DNA from: the human T2T-CHM13v2.0 reference genome, Homo sapiens
Reading direction: 5' to 3' (one strand)
NCBI RefSeq assembly: GCF_009914755.1
Contig: NC_060928.1
DNA: 64,000 nt
Part shown: positions 23,131 to 36,987 of the stretch, one piece after another
Layout of the letters: each line of letters opens with the position of its first letter
Numbering within the stretch: the first letter of the stretch is position 1
Position numbers and translations under genes: made by a program
The notes under the pieces: model-generated
Told to the model about the DNA's origin: nothing
Database searches by the model: none
Seen by the model: only the letters and a program-made list of their open reading frames with translations

Positions 23131-26069
23131 ATTTTTTAAATATTGATATTTAATGTTTTGATTCTTGCAAATTGGTTGGCAACTCATGGTGCTACATTAC
23201 CTTGTACTTTTTCTTGCTGGTTTTAAAATGTGAGCTATTATGCAATTCCTACAGTGTTTGCTTCTGCCAGTAGCTGGTTGTTTTACTAATTTGGAATCAC
23301 TCTAAAAATTAAATCCTCTGCTTGAATTTCCTGGGACCACCTAAGCCTGCAAATCTTCACAAAGCCCAAACTGTTATTACAAATTCTCACAATATTCTCC
23401 TGTCACAGAGCACCAAGTTTCAAGATAGGTAGAGTCCTAGTTGTACTAGGAATGGGTTTCTCGTATTTGACACCACTTTTGGGTGCATCCTGGGCTTTGC
23501 CAGAGTCATGAAAATTAAAGGTCAGCTGGGCATGATGGTTCACGCCTGTAACCCCAGCACTTTGGGAGGCCGTGGCGAATGGTCTTGAGCCCAGGAGTTC
23601 AAGAACAGTCTGGGCAACATGGCGAGTAGCCCCAACTACTCAGGAGGCTGAGGTGGGAGGATTGCTTGAGTCCAGGAGGTCGAGGGGTGTATCACTGCAC
23701 TCCAGCCTGGGTGATACAGCAAGACCCTGTCTTGTAGAAAAAATGAAAAAAGTTCACTTGGGGTAGGTACTTCAAGTGTTTTCAAAATGCAATGCAAGCT
23801 GGTTCTGGGTATGTTCTGTTTTCTTCTGGGTTCTTGGTTTCAGTTTGGTTTTGGTGAGAGTACTCCTTCCTTTCTTGATAGAACATTGACACATCGAAAA
23901 AAAAAAAAAAAAGTTTTCCCCCAGCAAGTGGTTGCTTTTTCAAAGGATTTATCAGGGTAATCATCCAGGCTGACAGAATCTGAACTGCATTATTTTACTT
24001 ACAATAAAGAAGGTCTGATTAACAAATTTTTAATAGTATATTAGTTTTCTTTGTTCTTTTGGAGTTAGAAATGAAGCAAGCAAAAGATTAAACATTTTCC
24101 CTAAGAAGATATACAAATGACGAGTAAGTACATGTACCTTTGACAGGCTACCATTTGGCTCAGTCATTTGTGTTAAATATTTGATCACCTAAAATGTTGC
24201 AAGTAGTCATCTCGTCATTGATAAATAAGAGAAAAAAAATCTGTCCTCATAGAACTGGGGTGGCGCTGAGGGTGAGACAATTATTACCTATAAGATAGAT
24301 AATACTGAATATGCCATGATGTACTCTATAGAGGTGATGCTGTGTTGGTGTATTTATAGAATAGTCAAGAAAAACCACTCTGATAAGGTATTTGAATAGA
24401 GACCTAGTTAGGGAAAAGGAAGCTGTATGGTATGTGGGGTAAGATCATCCTAGGCAAAGGTAAGAACAAGAGTAAACATCTTCACACATCTTTGCAAGTC
24501 TCAGCAGTCCCATGTGACTGAGCTGAGAGAGTTGGAATGGTGGTGAGACAAGCAAGGAATTGGGGATTAAGCTGAGGCAAAGGTAGGGAAGAAAGTTATC
24601 TACAGCCTTGTAGATTACTTTTAATACCTTGTGTTTTTACTCCGAATGAGATGGGAAACCATTAGGTTTGGAGGAAAGCCATGCCATCTGATAAGGTTTA
24701 AAGGGGTTGTGTGTGGGACAGACAGATTGCTGCAACGTGGGGAGATCACTCAGGAGGCTACTCCAATAATCCAAATAAGAAATGATATAGCTTTAGATCA
24801 TAGTGCTAACAGTCAACATGATAAATGGGCAGATTCTAAAGGCTGCTGTTAAGTCTGATTGAAGGTGGAGTGTGAAAAGTCAAAGATGGTGCCTAGGTTT
24901 TAGGCCATTGCAATTTAATGTTGACATTTACTGAGCATGGGGTAATAGTATATGTATATGTGTATGTCTTTATAGACATATGGCCAGTTTTAGACATTTT
25001 AAAAGACGCCCTTTAGCTTGTCATGTGGATAATGAATAGAAGCTATATGGGAGCTCAGGAGAAATAGCTTGAAGGTTAGTAAATGACGGTGGTTAACTGG
25101 GCTCCTAAGATAGTATGACATGAAAGTTCATTGTTTAGCCTTGACTACAAATTTGATACGGTAAATGAGAAATCAAGTTCTATAGAGGATCAGACAGTAG
25201 TACGTAAAAATGTAAATTTCATAATATTTTTTACAATACAGAAAAGAGGGCTCTTAAAAAATCTCATTCATAAATAGCATACAGTTTGGGAAGAGCTAGA
25301 GACTGATAATGGGACTTTAATGGAAGCATCCCAAGTAAAAGAACAATTGTCAGAAACATCTTGTATACCTGAATCATATAAAATTTTTCAAACCTGAGGC
25401 CAGAAATGAGCAAGTAGTTATAAGGTAGCAACAAATAATGCAACACAGTAATAATTTCTAGGGACTTAAGACATTCGGCCAACTTCAATATATTTAAGTC
25501 TTTTTGTTAAAATGGTTCCTCAAGTTTTTTTGGCAGGGGGTGGCACTGTCATGTTTTGAAGCCATTTCCAAATACCTTTAACCGTTTATTTTTCCATTAC
25601 AATGGGACAGCACGAGAAATCTTAATAGTCACCTTAGGGTACCTTTAATATCTGTCAAACACTGCAAACACCCTTAACATAGCATCATTTCCACTTGGAA
25701 AAATTGCCTAGTGTCAGGCCACAGAATGGGATCTGGGTTCAAATTTGTTCAGCTAGCCAACACAATACTTAGGTAGATCTTTGCACCTGATTACTTTTAA
25801 ATACTTGACGATTGGTTGAATTCCATGCCAGTATGGTTATTCAAATTAGCCAACTGTAGGACGTTAATGTATTTTAATATTCCAAGTGTAAATGTGGAAA
25901 TCAATGTACTGTATTACTATTCAAAGTACTAGGAAATTGTCAGGTATCAGAAACGTAATACTTAAACACATTCTCTAAAGCCAAAAACAGCTATAAAAAA
26001 ATAGCTGTAGAGTCAAAGGATTACTGGTTGTAGTCTGTTACAAGGGAATGCTACGAACAGACTTCTGAA

Positions 26070-26243
26070 AACGGTTCTCAATCTTCACTATTCATCAGAA
26101 TCACTTGGAGGGTGTTTTAATATAGGTGACTGGGCTCCATGCCAGTTTGACTCAGCACTGGGATGGGGCCTGACAACTTATATTATAAAGAATTTCCTAA
26201 ATGATGCTGAGATTGTTATCTCAAGAAACATTTTGAGAACCAC
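26070..26243. mobile_element. MER5-type hAT element
   Basis: ggttctcaa...catcagaatcac...tttgagaaccac termini. Confidence 0.75.
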
Positions 26244-26344
26244 CTTATTCATAAACTGTATAAAATTAAAAATCGAGCTCACACACATTAAGCTCAAGTG
26301 TGGATTTCATGTTAGCTGGAATTACCGAGTAAGACCAAAGTGTC

Positions 26345-29300
26345 TTTAAACACAGACTTTAATGGTAACAATTCCTTTAAGCTCAATTAACTTCAGCTAT
26401 TACAAGTCTTATGCAGATGTCACTATTAGACAATATTTAGTGACTTGCACTGGGTTCCTCATAAAAGACAAATTCACTTAAAAGTGTAATCAACAATCAT
26501 TAACAGTTTTGTTATGCCAACACAAAACATGGCTGAGTTACCCCCCTCCCCGCCCAAATTACTAACACAGCATGATCAGTACCTTAAGTATACTTCAACT
26601 AAGCCATTTCAACAAACAAACAAAAAAAAACAAACAAAAAAAAAAGTGAGTGTTTCACTACCCCTGAGACCACTAGTTAACTGTGGTTCATACTTTAAAA
26701 TGTGAGTACACCCACACAAGAAAGCAAATTAATCAGTTTTAAAAAATCTGATTATCACATTGCAAACTCGCCCAGGAAAAACAAACTGAGTCATTTAAAA
26801 TGTAAATTTACCATTAACAGGCCAACTGGACCCTAATTCGGTTTATGCATTAAAAGATTTAGGAAATACAAAGACATAGTCAAAACTGATTCTAATACTC
26901 AGTTGGGTCCTATACATGGCACTAGTAATGTCAAATTACTGGGTGGAGTGGGGCAAAGAGGGCAAATTCTTAGATTCTTTTAAGATTTCATTGTACATAT
27001 CTCATGTCCAGTGTCCATACATTCAAAAATGTTGGTTTTCCAGGTACTTTACTGTTCTTTTAAACCTGGAGAAGCCTCTATGGCTTATTCCCTTAGAAGC
27101 AACAAATGAAATGATGTATAAAGCATCAAGTCAAAGATACAGAGAACTGGACACATCCACTAATTGTTATGACAATCAAAGAAGTCATCTCCGTAAATAC
27201 CTAAGGGTTGTCTAAGGCTATAAAGGTCAATTTGAAAGCCAGTTAGGGATCCACCGTGTTTCATAAAAGTGTCTTACACTCATGTTTGGCTTTCAAGAAG
27301 TGATATGCCTACTAAAGCTGTTATTTTGAGACTATATGCATCTCAGAAGTAATTTTGAAAATAGAGCCAAAGAGCAGTTTTTCTTACCTTGTGGAGCAGA
27401 ATGTTAACTAATTTCTCATTCATAATTTGAATCCAAAAAAGTTATGCAGTATGACATCTACCCTGAAGGAGCCGTTTTAAGCAAAACACAAAATGAAAAA
27501 ATTCACTCATTGGAAAAACTGCGTAGCTGGTTTTTTCCCCAATGAAATGATTACAGAATTAACAAAGCCAGAACATCTTCAGAAGGCATGCATTTCACTT
27601 CCAGTTTAGAGAAGAACCTTAAGTCAATAAATCATGTCCAAACTACATATTAAAATGTTTATAAAAAGTAAGTTTTAACATTTATTTCTAGCTTTCCACA
27701 TGTGTGTGCAGACAAGGAATAAGATTGCACGTAAGTGTAAGCAGTGCAAAAATGTGGAAGTGGAGGAGTCACAGATGTGCTAGAACTTTAAGAAATAAAG
27801 CAGTGAACAAAATCAAAATAAACAGGAAAAATGTAAAACTATGGGATCAGAATTAGGAAAGGTGAAGAATGGTAATGCCCTTGTTACTACAGAAGTTAAA
27901 TCAGTGGCACAGATAGCACTTGTCAAACAAAAAACAATCCAATAGCATTGACTTTTATTCATTCATGTTAAGTCACCTGAAATGATATCTGTTGCATTTA
28001 AATGCTCATTAATGTAAATGGCTGAACAAATCCATTTCAATGGATACTCAATATCCCACATAGATAAGTCACTTCAACACAGCCTCATGACAACTCCCAC
28101 ACCAAAACAGTACTTTATTTTGCAAATTTTGACCCATTATTACTCCCATGTTGTTTTTTTTCAGCTGTCAAGTGTACAAGGTGAAGAGAAATTTCAGTTA
28201 GACAGGGGCTGCACCTGGAAAATAAATTTCTTAAACTCCATAAACACATTTCAAAACTGCTGGGTCCCAAAAGTCCATCTATGAACTCTAGGGCTGCCAG
28301 TATCATGTGCAGCACATTAAAGCTACACTATCCAAATAGCTTATTAATTCTGCATAAATCAGGTCAAGCAATGTGTCAACCTGTAACAGACTGTGCACTT
28401 TAACTGAACATGGCAAAATATTCACTCTTTCGAACTTTACATCATCATTTGATGTCAAACAATGAAGCAAATCCCAACAGTATATACAAAAAACAGCTTT
28501 GCATTTACAAAAGATTGTTTCCCATACTGATTAATCCAGGCAGCTAACTCATTGGTTTATGCAACTTTATTGAAGAAAAATAAATCAATTACTAGCAGAG
28601 CTATTAGTTGATCACTCATCCATTGACAACTTGCATCATTTATTCAGTGCTATATTAAACAGTGTATTGGAAGATAGATTAACTAATAGCTCCAAGCCTC
28701 CTAACAATTTAAATGAAAATTACAAAATGTTTGAGACCCTATTTTGGAATACAAAGGGTGTTTGACTTCCAATTTCCATTCTCTGTAGAACAAGAACAGG
28801 TCATTCCTTTATTGACATGCATAAAATACATCACATTTTCTGTTCTGCTGATGCTATAAATTCAATACCAATTCTCCAGCCACATCAGTTATGAGCATAA
28901 AGCATATCATGTAACCTCAAATCTCTAACAGTGGAAGGCTTAAACAAGAATGGATGCTGCTAGAATAATGCTGTATCCTTTGATGTGACAACTGAGCATC
29001 CATCTCCCTCCCCCTCAGATGATTTCTTCAGCATGTTAGAGCAGTGAGGAATGGTTTTAGTCTCATAACCAAGTTAGAGTGAAGACATTGGCCACATAAT
29101 ACACATGCTCCATTTTTTTTTTAAAAAATTCTGAGTCTTGGGCAACTGTTCTCTTGTAACTACTTTACAGTTTCTAAAAGCAGTTATTGTCCAAAGCTGG
29201 AAGAACTTAAGTCTTCTCAGATGAGCATGTGAATGAATGGAGGGAGGTAAACAAAAAATAAAATTAAAAAAGATGAGGTCTGATAGGGGAGCAGCCGGAT

Positions 29301-29376
29301 AAGAAAATCAAAAAAGGAACAGTAATTTAAAGTTTATTCCAGCTATAATGCAGGTTATTCTGACTTTAAGGTAGCA
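26345..29376 (-). other. UBE2D3: UBE2D3 long 3'UTR (~3 kb)
   Basis: AT-rich stretch after the stop with no recognisable repeats and multiple poly(A) hexamers; repeats (MER5) resume below ~26245. The distal end is inferred from ATTAAA at 26358-26363. Confidence 0.75.
26358..26363 (-). terminator. Candidate distal poly(A) signal ATTAAA
   Basis: Plus-strand tttaat at the edge of the repeat-free UTR block. Confidence 0.6.
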
Positions 29377-29422
29377 TCACATGGCATACTTCTGAGTCCA
29401 TTCCCGAGATATTCTGTTGTAC
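29377..29422 (-). CDS. UBE2D3: UBE2D3 terminal coding exon (YNRISREWTQKYAM*)
   Basis: tttatttacag|G TAC AAC AGA ATA TCT CGG GAA TGG ACT CAG AAG TAT GCC ATG TGA; the exon sum is 444 nt = 147 aa plus stop. Confidence 0.98.
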
Positions 29423-30239
29423 CTGTAAATAAAGATGTTATTTTTAAAAGTTAAAATAAAGAATTCCTAATACTTTAAATGGAAGGGAAAGATTTCCATT
29501 TTATCATCTCCAGACTCATCATGAAGTCATCTCTAATGACTATGATTAGAATAAAAGCCAACAAGGGAGAAATAGCACTGGTACTCAAAGCAATGTGGGA
29601 AATGAGAGCCTGATGCTCTGAAAGTAGTATTTTAAAAACAACTAAGAAAGCAGCACTGAAAATTGGGAGGCTAACAAAAATCAAAAGACCCTTTCTTTCT
29701 CTACCACCGAGCTCATGCTCTAATTTTAACGTGAAGAAATTTTTACAGTTCATTATGGACAAATGTTAAAATAGTATACACATTCTATCTATCCACAGAA
29801 ATTTCCACCAAGGCCAGAACTAGGCTTTTACTAGAACAATTTTATCTGAATCCTAGAGTTTGGGAAATTACTTGGTCCTGGATATTACAAGAAAAAATGG
29901 CTTTGGGACTTAGGTAGAGGCAGAAGGGGAAGATGACACTGGGCAGAATGACAAAGGGCAGTAATTTTCAAAAGGGGTGTGTGTGTGAGTGGTTGTGTTC
30001 ATCAGAATCACGTGTTACTTTTAATAAGTGTGGTAACTGAGGCTAATAAGCACCACTGAGACCTGTTGAGTACAACAAGGGCATCTTCGTTTAAAAAGAT
30101 CAACAGGTAATTCACACACAAGCAAGGTTATTACTCAGGAAGACTACTAACATTGATAAATACTATCAGCTTCCCCCTGGATTATACTCATGCCATAGAC
30201 TACTTACAACAACAAAAAACAGTGATAACCTTAAGAAAG

Positions 30240-30241
<2 letters not shown>

Positions 30242-30285
<44 letters not shown>
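30242..30285. repeat. (AT)22 microsatellite in the last UBE2D3 intron
   Basis: Read directly from the sequence. Confidence 0.97.
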
Positions 30286-30290
<5 letters not shown>

Positions 30291-30915
30291 GGAGAATTTT
30301 TATATTGTTTAAATATTAACTAGCTTTATTTCAAACCAAGAACCAAATATGGTCCAACAACTTTTCTAAACTTTTTAAAAAGTTCTTTCTACCAATTCAT
30401 TGTCATCTCCTAAGGATACTCTCTCAAAAAGCCAGCACTTTAAAACAAAGGCTTTATTTAGCATACAGGGAGCCACAAAGTACAGCTGACGCTAATGCAT
30501 GCTTGTCAGTAATGAACATTTAGTTTAGATGCTTAGGCTTAAAAGTGTTTTTCCCTTACATTACTATCTCCTGGCAAAATTTGAACTAAACCACCACATT
30601 CTGTATAGGATTGGTACAAAGTCTCAAGCTAAAATTTAAACACCATGATAGTTTGAAAAAAAAAAAAGATACTACATAAATTCCCATTTCTTACTAGTGC
30701 TATTGTAACTGCTTTGCCATGCAATACTTTCAAGCAGTAACGGCTACCAGATATTTACTTTCACGTTAAACAGAGACCAAGCAGTTAAATGTACAGTTTT
30801 CAGAAGACTGCCATATTTGTTACCTTTTGTTAGTTAATACAGTGCCTTAACGCATGCAGCACTCAAGTGCTGGCAGTACCATAATAAGCGCACCATAGAG
30901 TGCAGATCCTCTTAC

Positions 30916-30965
30916 CCTACAACATAGCGTATTTCTCTGTCCACTCTCTTGCTAACCTATTGTAC
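30916..30965 (-). CDS. UBE2D3: UBE2D3 alternative C-terminal cassette exon (YNRLAREWTEKYAML*), 50 nt; stop at 30917-30919
   Basis: caattag|G TAC AAT AGG TTA GCA AGA GAG TGG ACA GAG AAA TAC GCT ATG TTG TAG G|gtaaga. Same phase as, and homologous to, the last exon; matches the 148-aa isoform as I recall it. Confidence 0.93.
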
Positions 30966-31393
30966 CTAATTGAACAAGTACACTTAGCATTAATTATAAC
31001 ATATGAAAGTTATAATGGTTAAGTTGAACATAAATATAATTCAAATATTTGAGAAATTTAGACCAAATTTTTACAATAGTACTAACATTTTTGGAAAAAC
31101 ATGCTTGGGGTAAAGAAAAATTTGCTTTCTTCCCCAAAAGTTGAGAATAAAGTGATACTGTTTAACACGCTAGGAAAAAAAAAACAACAATAAAACATTT
31201 TAGAGGGGAGCATTCACTGTCACATAAGCTAAAGCCTAGTTAAGTTTTTTTAAATAACCACATTTCAATAGCTTTCTCCATATTTTAACTATTATCTTAC
31301 TAAATATCAAGTCTTCTTGGCACTGTCACAAGCAAAGTATAAGCCTAACTCATTAAGTAAAACCACTTTTATAATAACTTTTTAACATACTTA

Positions 31394-31639
<246 letters not shown>

Positions 31640-33431
31640 TCACAGAAGACAAGCTCCTGGTAAGTAAGAAGTGCTAAAAACAGGGTTTTGTGGCATCAAA
31701 TTCACTGCAGACTAGCCATAAAAATAGTTTCTAAGATAGGCAACTGATGCCATATTAATATATATATTTTAAATAGGCATAAATGATATTAGAACTTGAG
31801 TTTCTTGGTACTCTGTGGCTGGGGGGGGGGGGACTTTAGCAAGAATATGCAGGTAACACTCATGCCATATTCATAGCCATTAGGCATGACGAAAAATCCA
31901 TTCTTAGCCGTTGTCTTGGCAATTTCTGAGAAAAACCCTCAAGTGCTCCACTAAATGTCTCCTTGAACTTGTAAGCAAGAAACCATATTCCCAAGAGTAC
32001 TAGTTAAATACAATGCCAAAATCTCTTTAGTACTAAGTGAGTCATCAGCTCTAGTTTTTACCTTAACCAGTTCAACATACTGATGTATAAGATGTCAAGC
32101 ATTAAGGAACATAGATCGCATTCACTTTGAGTGCCTGCTATGTGCCAGTCACCATATATGGTGGTGCTGTTATAAAATGTTAAGATATAAATGCTTGAAA
32201 TGGTTCTGACCGATTTTTTTTTAAAAAAAGCAATAGTATAAAAAAGACAACACTGTCACATAATTTATTGACTACAGCAAATTTAATTTCAAACCCCAAA
32301 TACAGCAGAATATAAAATTACCTAATATAGGAGACTTGGCTATACAATAACTCACAGAAAAAAGGTAGCTTCAGTTGTGACTGCTAGTTTAATAAGTTAG
32401 CAAAGTATGGCTGCCAAAAAAGTAAGTTGCTTTAACGACAAAACAATACCAATTCAATCTGCCCTTACAAAAACAGTTTTCAGTGTTACTGTACACTCCC
32501 AGCAGTAGTAGAAAAACTTGGAAACTGATATTTAGGTATGTAGCATGATTTGAAAAGAAATTAGAAAGCATCCAAGAAGGTGAAAAACAGGTGTAAAATT
32601 TTAAAAACACTCGAATTATGGCAGCATCTGCCTAAGTTGTTTCTTTTTCTCCCTTAAGTGATTCTACTCAATAAAGTTTGGGAAATGCTACTGCTACAGT
32701 CTCTCTCCATGAGATTCAAGTGCAGTATATACACATATGAAACTTTTATACAATGCCTTGCCTTTTGAAAAAGCTTTTTTGTACTTACTGAACTCATAAA
32801 ATCAAAAAACAATTAATGGTGAAATAGTGTTAATTATTACAACTTCACCTGGGATATTCATGCGGAGACCGGAAAACTTGTTACATATAACGTAACAGAT
32901 GCCTATTAAGAGACCAGAATTGATCTACAGATCTTTCGAAGATTATATAATTTTAGACTGTCATTAGGTAGAAACAACCTATCATGGTTACATAAAACAT
33001 GACTGAAGATTTGTCTAAAAATTAACCCAGGAAAGCAAAATCAGAATTTTCCTAGAGTGGAAACCTCAGAATTCAAAAGCTCTATTAAGTTTAGGTATAT
33101 CATACCATTCTTGGTAAAAAGGCCGCAAGTTAGTGTGAGATGTCCAAGTGGTTTGGGATTGAAAAATACAGAAGTCTATTAAAATAAATTTTGCTATTAT
33201 AAGATGAGATGAAGGTAACTCATTAGGCAAATAATGCCTACTCACCACAATTTGAATTTTAACAACTTCTCACAAAGTATCTTTAATCAACACCACTAAA
33301 AGAACAAAAATTATAAAAATAACTTTATTGCTTCCCCATCTCTTACCAAAAAGCTGCCATAATAAAAATACTCAGATAAGTAGATCTAAGAATGAAGCTT
33401 TATTAGACAATGAGAACAGCTTATTTCACTA

Positions 33432-33548
<117 letters not shown>

Positions 33549-34517
33549 CTAAAACAAAAACTTTTAAGTATTTTATTCAAATAAAAACAAACATCTTTTA
33601 AAGCAAAACTTAAAATAATCAAGCCACAATGTTAAAAATGTCATCTATTAGCATAGAAGTTCTAAATATTATAGAAACTGATTTTTACAATCTGACCACA
33701 ACCCCGCCTCCTCTTTTTACAACAGAAACCTAAACTTTTGGATAAAAATTTCATTACTCATATGATGTAAAGTTCTAAAGGTTACTGTGGCCCTACCATA
33801 TCATGAATCAAAGGGCAATTTAAAGGTATTTAACACATTCATTTATAAAAGCCCTAACTTTTGGATGTAACCAAAATTTGTAGACCATCTCATTTAAAGT
33901 TTCATTAAGTTACACAGGTACACCTGAGTCTGCATTTCCACCGTACATAAAACATAAACTTGAATCACAAAAATGGAAACCATCACATTGCACCTATAAC
34001 ATTACTAGAGATTGTTATAGTGACATGTTTATGACCTTTGTATATTACCTTTTCTAGTTATTCATACAGGTTGAATTTATGTTAATGACTGAAAAGTGAA
34101 GGATAATATGCTTTTAATACCTATAAACCAGTGCACTAAGCAACTCTAAGTTTTCACAAATTTACACTTACGTATACAAAACTATAAGCATAATAAGCAT
34201 ATGCTGTAACAATACGTGCAAATATAAATTGAAGTTGGACATTTGATGCTTACAAGACAACAAAAGCCCAAAAATCAGAATCTGTGTAACAATAATACAG
34301 ATGAGGGCGGAAGCTTCCACATGGTCTGAATCTTGCAACATTAAAGAAAAGGCAAACCTTATTCCTATTTACAAAGCTCAAACTGAGGTCTAGCTCTTTA
34401 AACCAAAGGTTAAGAGTCAGCATCTATACATGAGTGCAATTCAACATATATATACAGCCTACACAGAACCCTATCTTCCAAGAATGCTCTATTCCTTTGA
34501 AATAAAGCATAAATCTA

Positions 34518-34664
<147 letters not shown>

Positions 34665-35806
34665 TTATTGCTAAATATTCCGTAACATTTGTTTCCAAGC
34701 ATTTCTCTAATAATGAACCCAAATCACCTATTTACACTGCAATAAATAATCTATTCCATGAAAATTCAGTCTATAGTAATAGAAAAAAACTTAAAACTTA
34801 TACAGTAATAAACCCTAATTTACCTAGTCATTTTACACGTCACCAAAATGTTTTTTTAAAAAGTTATCCAGAAACGCAAGTATTCTAGATCTCAATTCTC
34901 AAAAGTACAACACAGCAATAAAGCCTACATAATCATGTTTCAGAATAATCTGTAAACAAAATTTTACACATGTAGATTATTTCTTCCAATAGCCAGATGT
35001 GTACAAATGGCTTCACAACAGTCCATTCTGCCCACTGGCAAACCAAATGTTAGCTATTCCAGGTAACACACACACACCACCTTCAAGAGGAGAATAGAGA
35101 AAAGCCTAAGCTTCTCATTTTAATCAATACCAGAAAATACATGCATTGCCCCTATTTTATGCATGAGAAAAATGAGGCTTAAAGAACTTAGTCTAGTGTA
35201 CAAATGGTAAATGATAGAACCAAGATTCAAACACAAGTCTTTTGAAGACCACTTAATGATCAAAGATACTGACCTACTCAGGAATTTAAAGTTAAAATGT
35301 GGAATGCCTAACTGCTTCTGGGTATGCAAAGAACCAATCCGAAGACATGTTTTACAACTTACATGAACTGGGTTTTTACCAACACTGACTCCCCTCTATT
35401 AGAAAGGCTTTGTATATACAGCTATATATGAGCCTTTCACTATGCCCATTCTGGATGTCAGGCACATAAAAAACAGGCCTGACACTAACACAGCTCATCT
35501 AATTCCTACCCTTCTGTAAAATAAATAAACATTAATTCAATTAATCTAACCCCTTGCTATATACTGTATGTGTGTTAAGGGATCCAAAGAACAATTTTTT
35601 TTATCTTGATGAGCTTACACTGATAGACATGTAAAGTAACTGCAATGAAATGTTATAGGTATCATGAAATATGAACAAGGGACACGAGTTCAAAGAAGAA
35701 AGGTCAATTTATTAATGAAGAATCAGGTTCAAAGAAATATACAACTAGTAAATGGAAGAGCTTTTATTTATTTGAGACGGAGTCTCACTCTGTCGCTCAG
35801 GCTTAA

Positions 35807-35944
<138 letters not shown>

Positions 35945-36879
35945 TGAGTTTCACCATGTTGGCCAGGCTAGTCTTGCGGCCTCCTGACCTTGTGATCCAC
36001 CCATCTCGGCCTCCCAAAATGTGCTGATTATAGGTGTGAGCTACTGTACCCAGCCAGAGCTTATTTAAAGTGAGTCCTTCTCCATCTCCCAAGTCTTCCC
36101 CCTTTTTTTTTGTAGGGGTGGAGGGCGGGGGGAATGGGAACGGGAAGGGGGACAAACAAGACGTAGAATATCATCTTGCTGTTTGTTGCCCAAGCTCGAG
36201 TAAAATGGTGCAACCTCAGCTCACTGCAAGCGCCGCCTCCCCAGGTTCAAGAGATTCTCCTGCTTCAGCTGCCTCAGTAGCTTGGATTACAGGTGTGCAC
36301 CAACGTGCCCAGCTAATTTTTTATTTTTAGTAGAGATGGGGCTTCACCATGTTGGCTGAACTCTTAACTCCTGACCCCAGGTGATCCGCCTGCCTCAGCC
36401 TCCCAAAGTGCTGGGATTACAGGTATCAGCCACCGTGCCCAGTCCTTTTTCATATTTTCTACAAAATATGGAACTAGAAAAACACTCAGGTCACTTAGAA
36501 TGTGACCTGAGTTTATTAGATTAACATGTCTTTATTAAATAGTTATATTAATTTTGAATAGATGCTTCAAATAGCATATACTTTCACCTGATCCAATACT
36601 ATACAAGATATGTTTTTTCTGTGTAAAATTAACAATTTAAAGGTAATCCCAAACACTAAAGTTGTTTTTGTTTTTTTTGAGACAGGGTCTTGCTCTGTCG
36701 CCCAGACTGGAGTGCAGTGGCACAATCTTGGCTCACTGCAACCCTCTGCCTCCTGGGATCAAGTGATTCTCCCACCTCACCCTCCCGAGTAGCTGGAACT
36801 ACAGGAGTGAACCACCACAGTTGGCTAATTTTTTTTGTCTTTTTAGTAGAGACGGAGTTTTTGTTGTCTTTTTAGTTGA

Positions 36880-36987
<108 letters not shown>

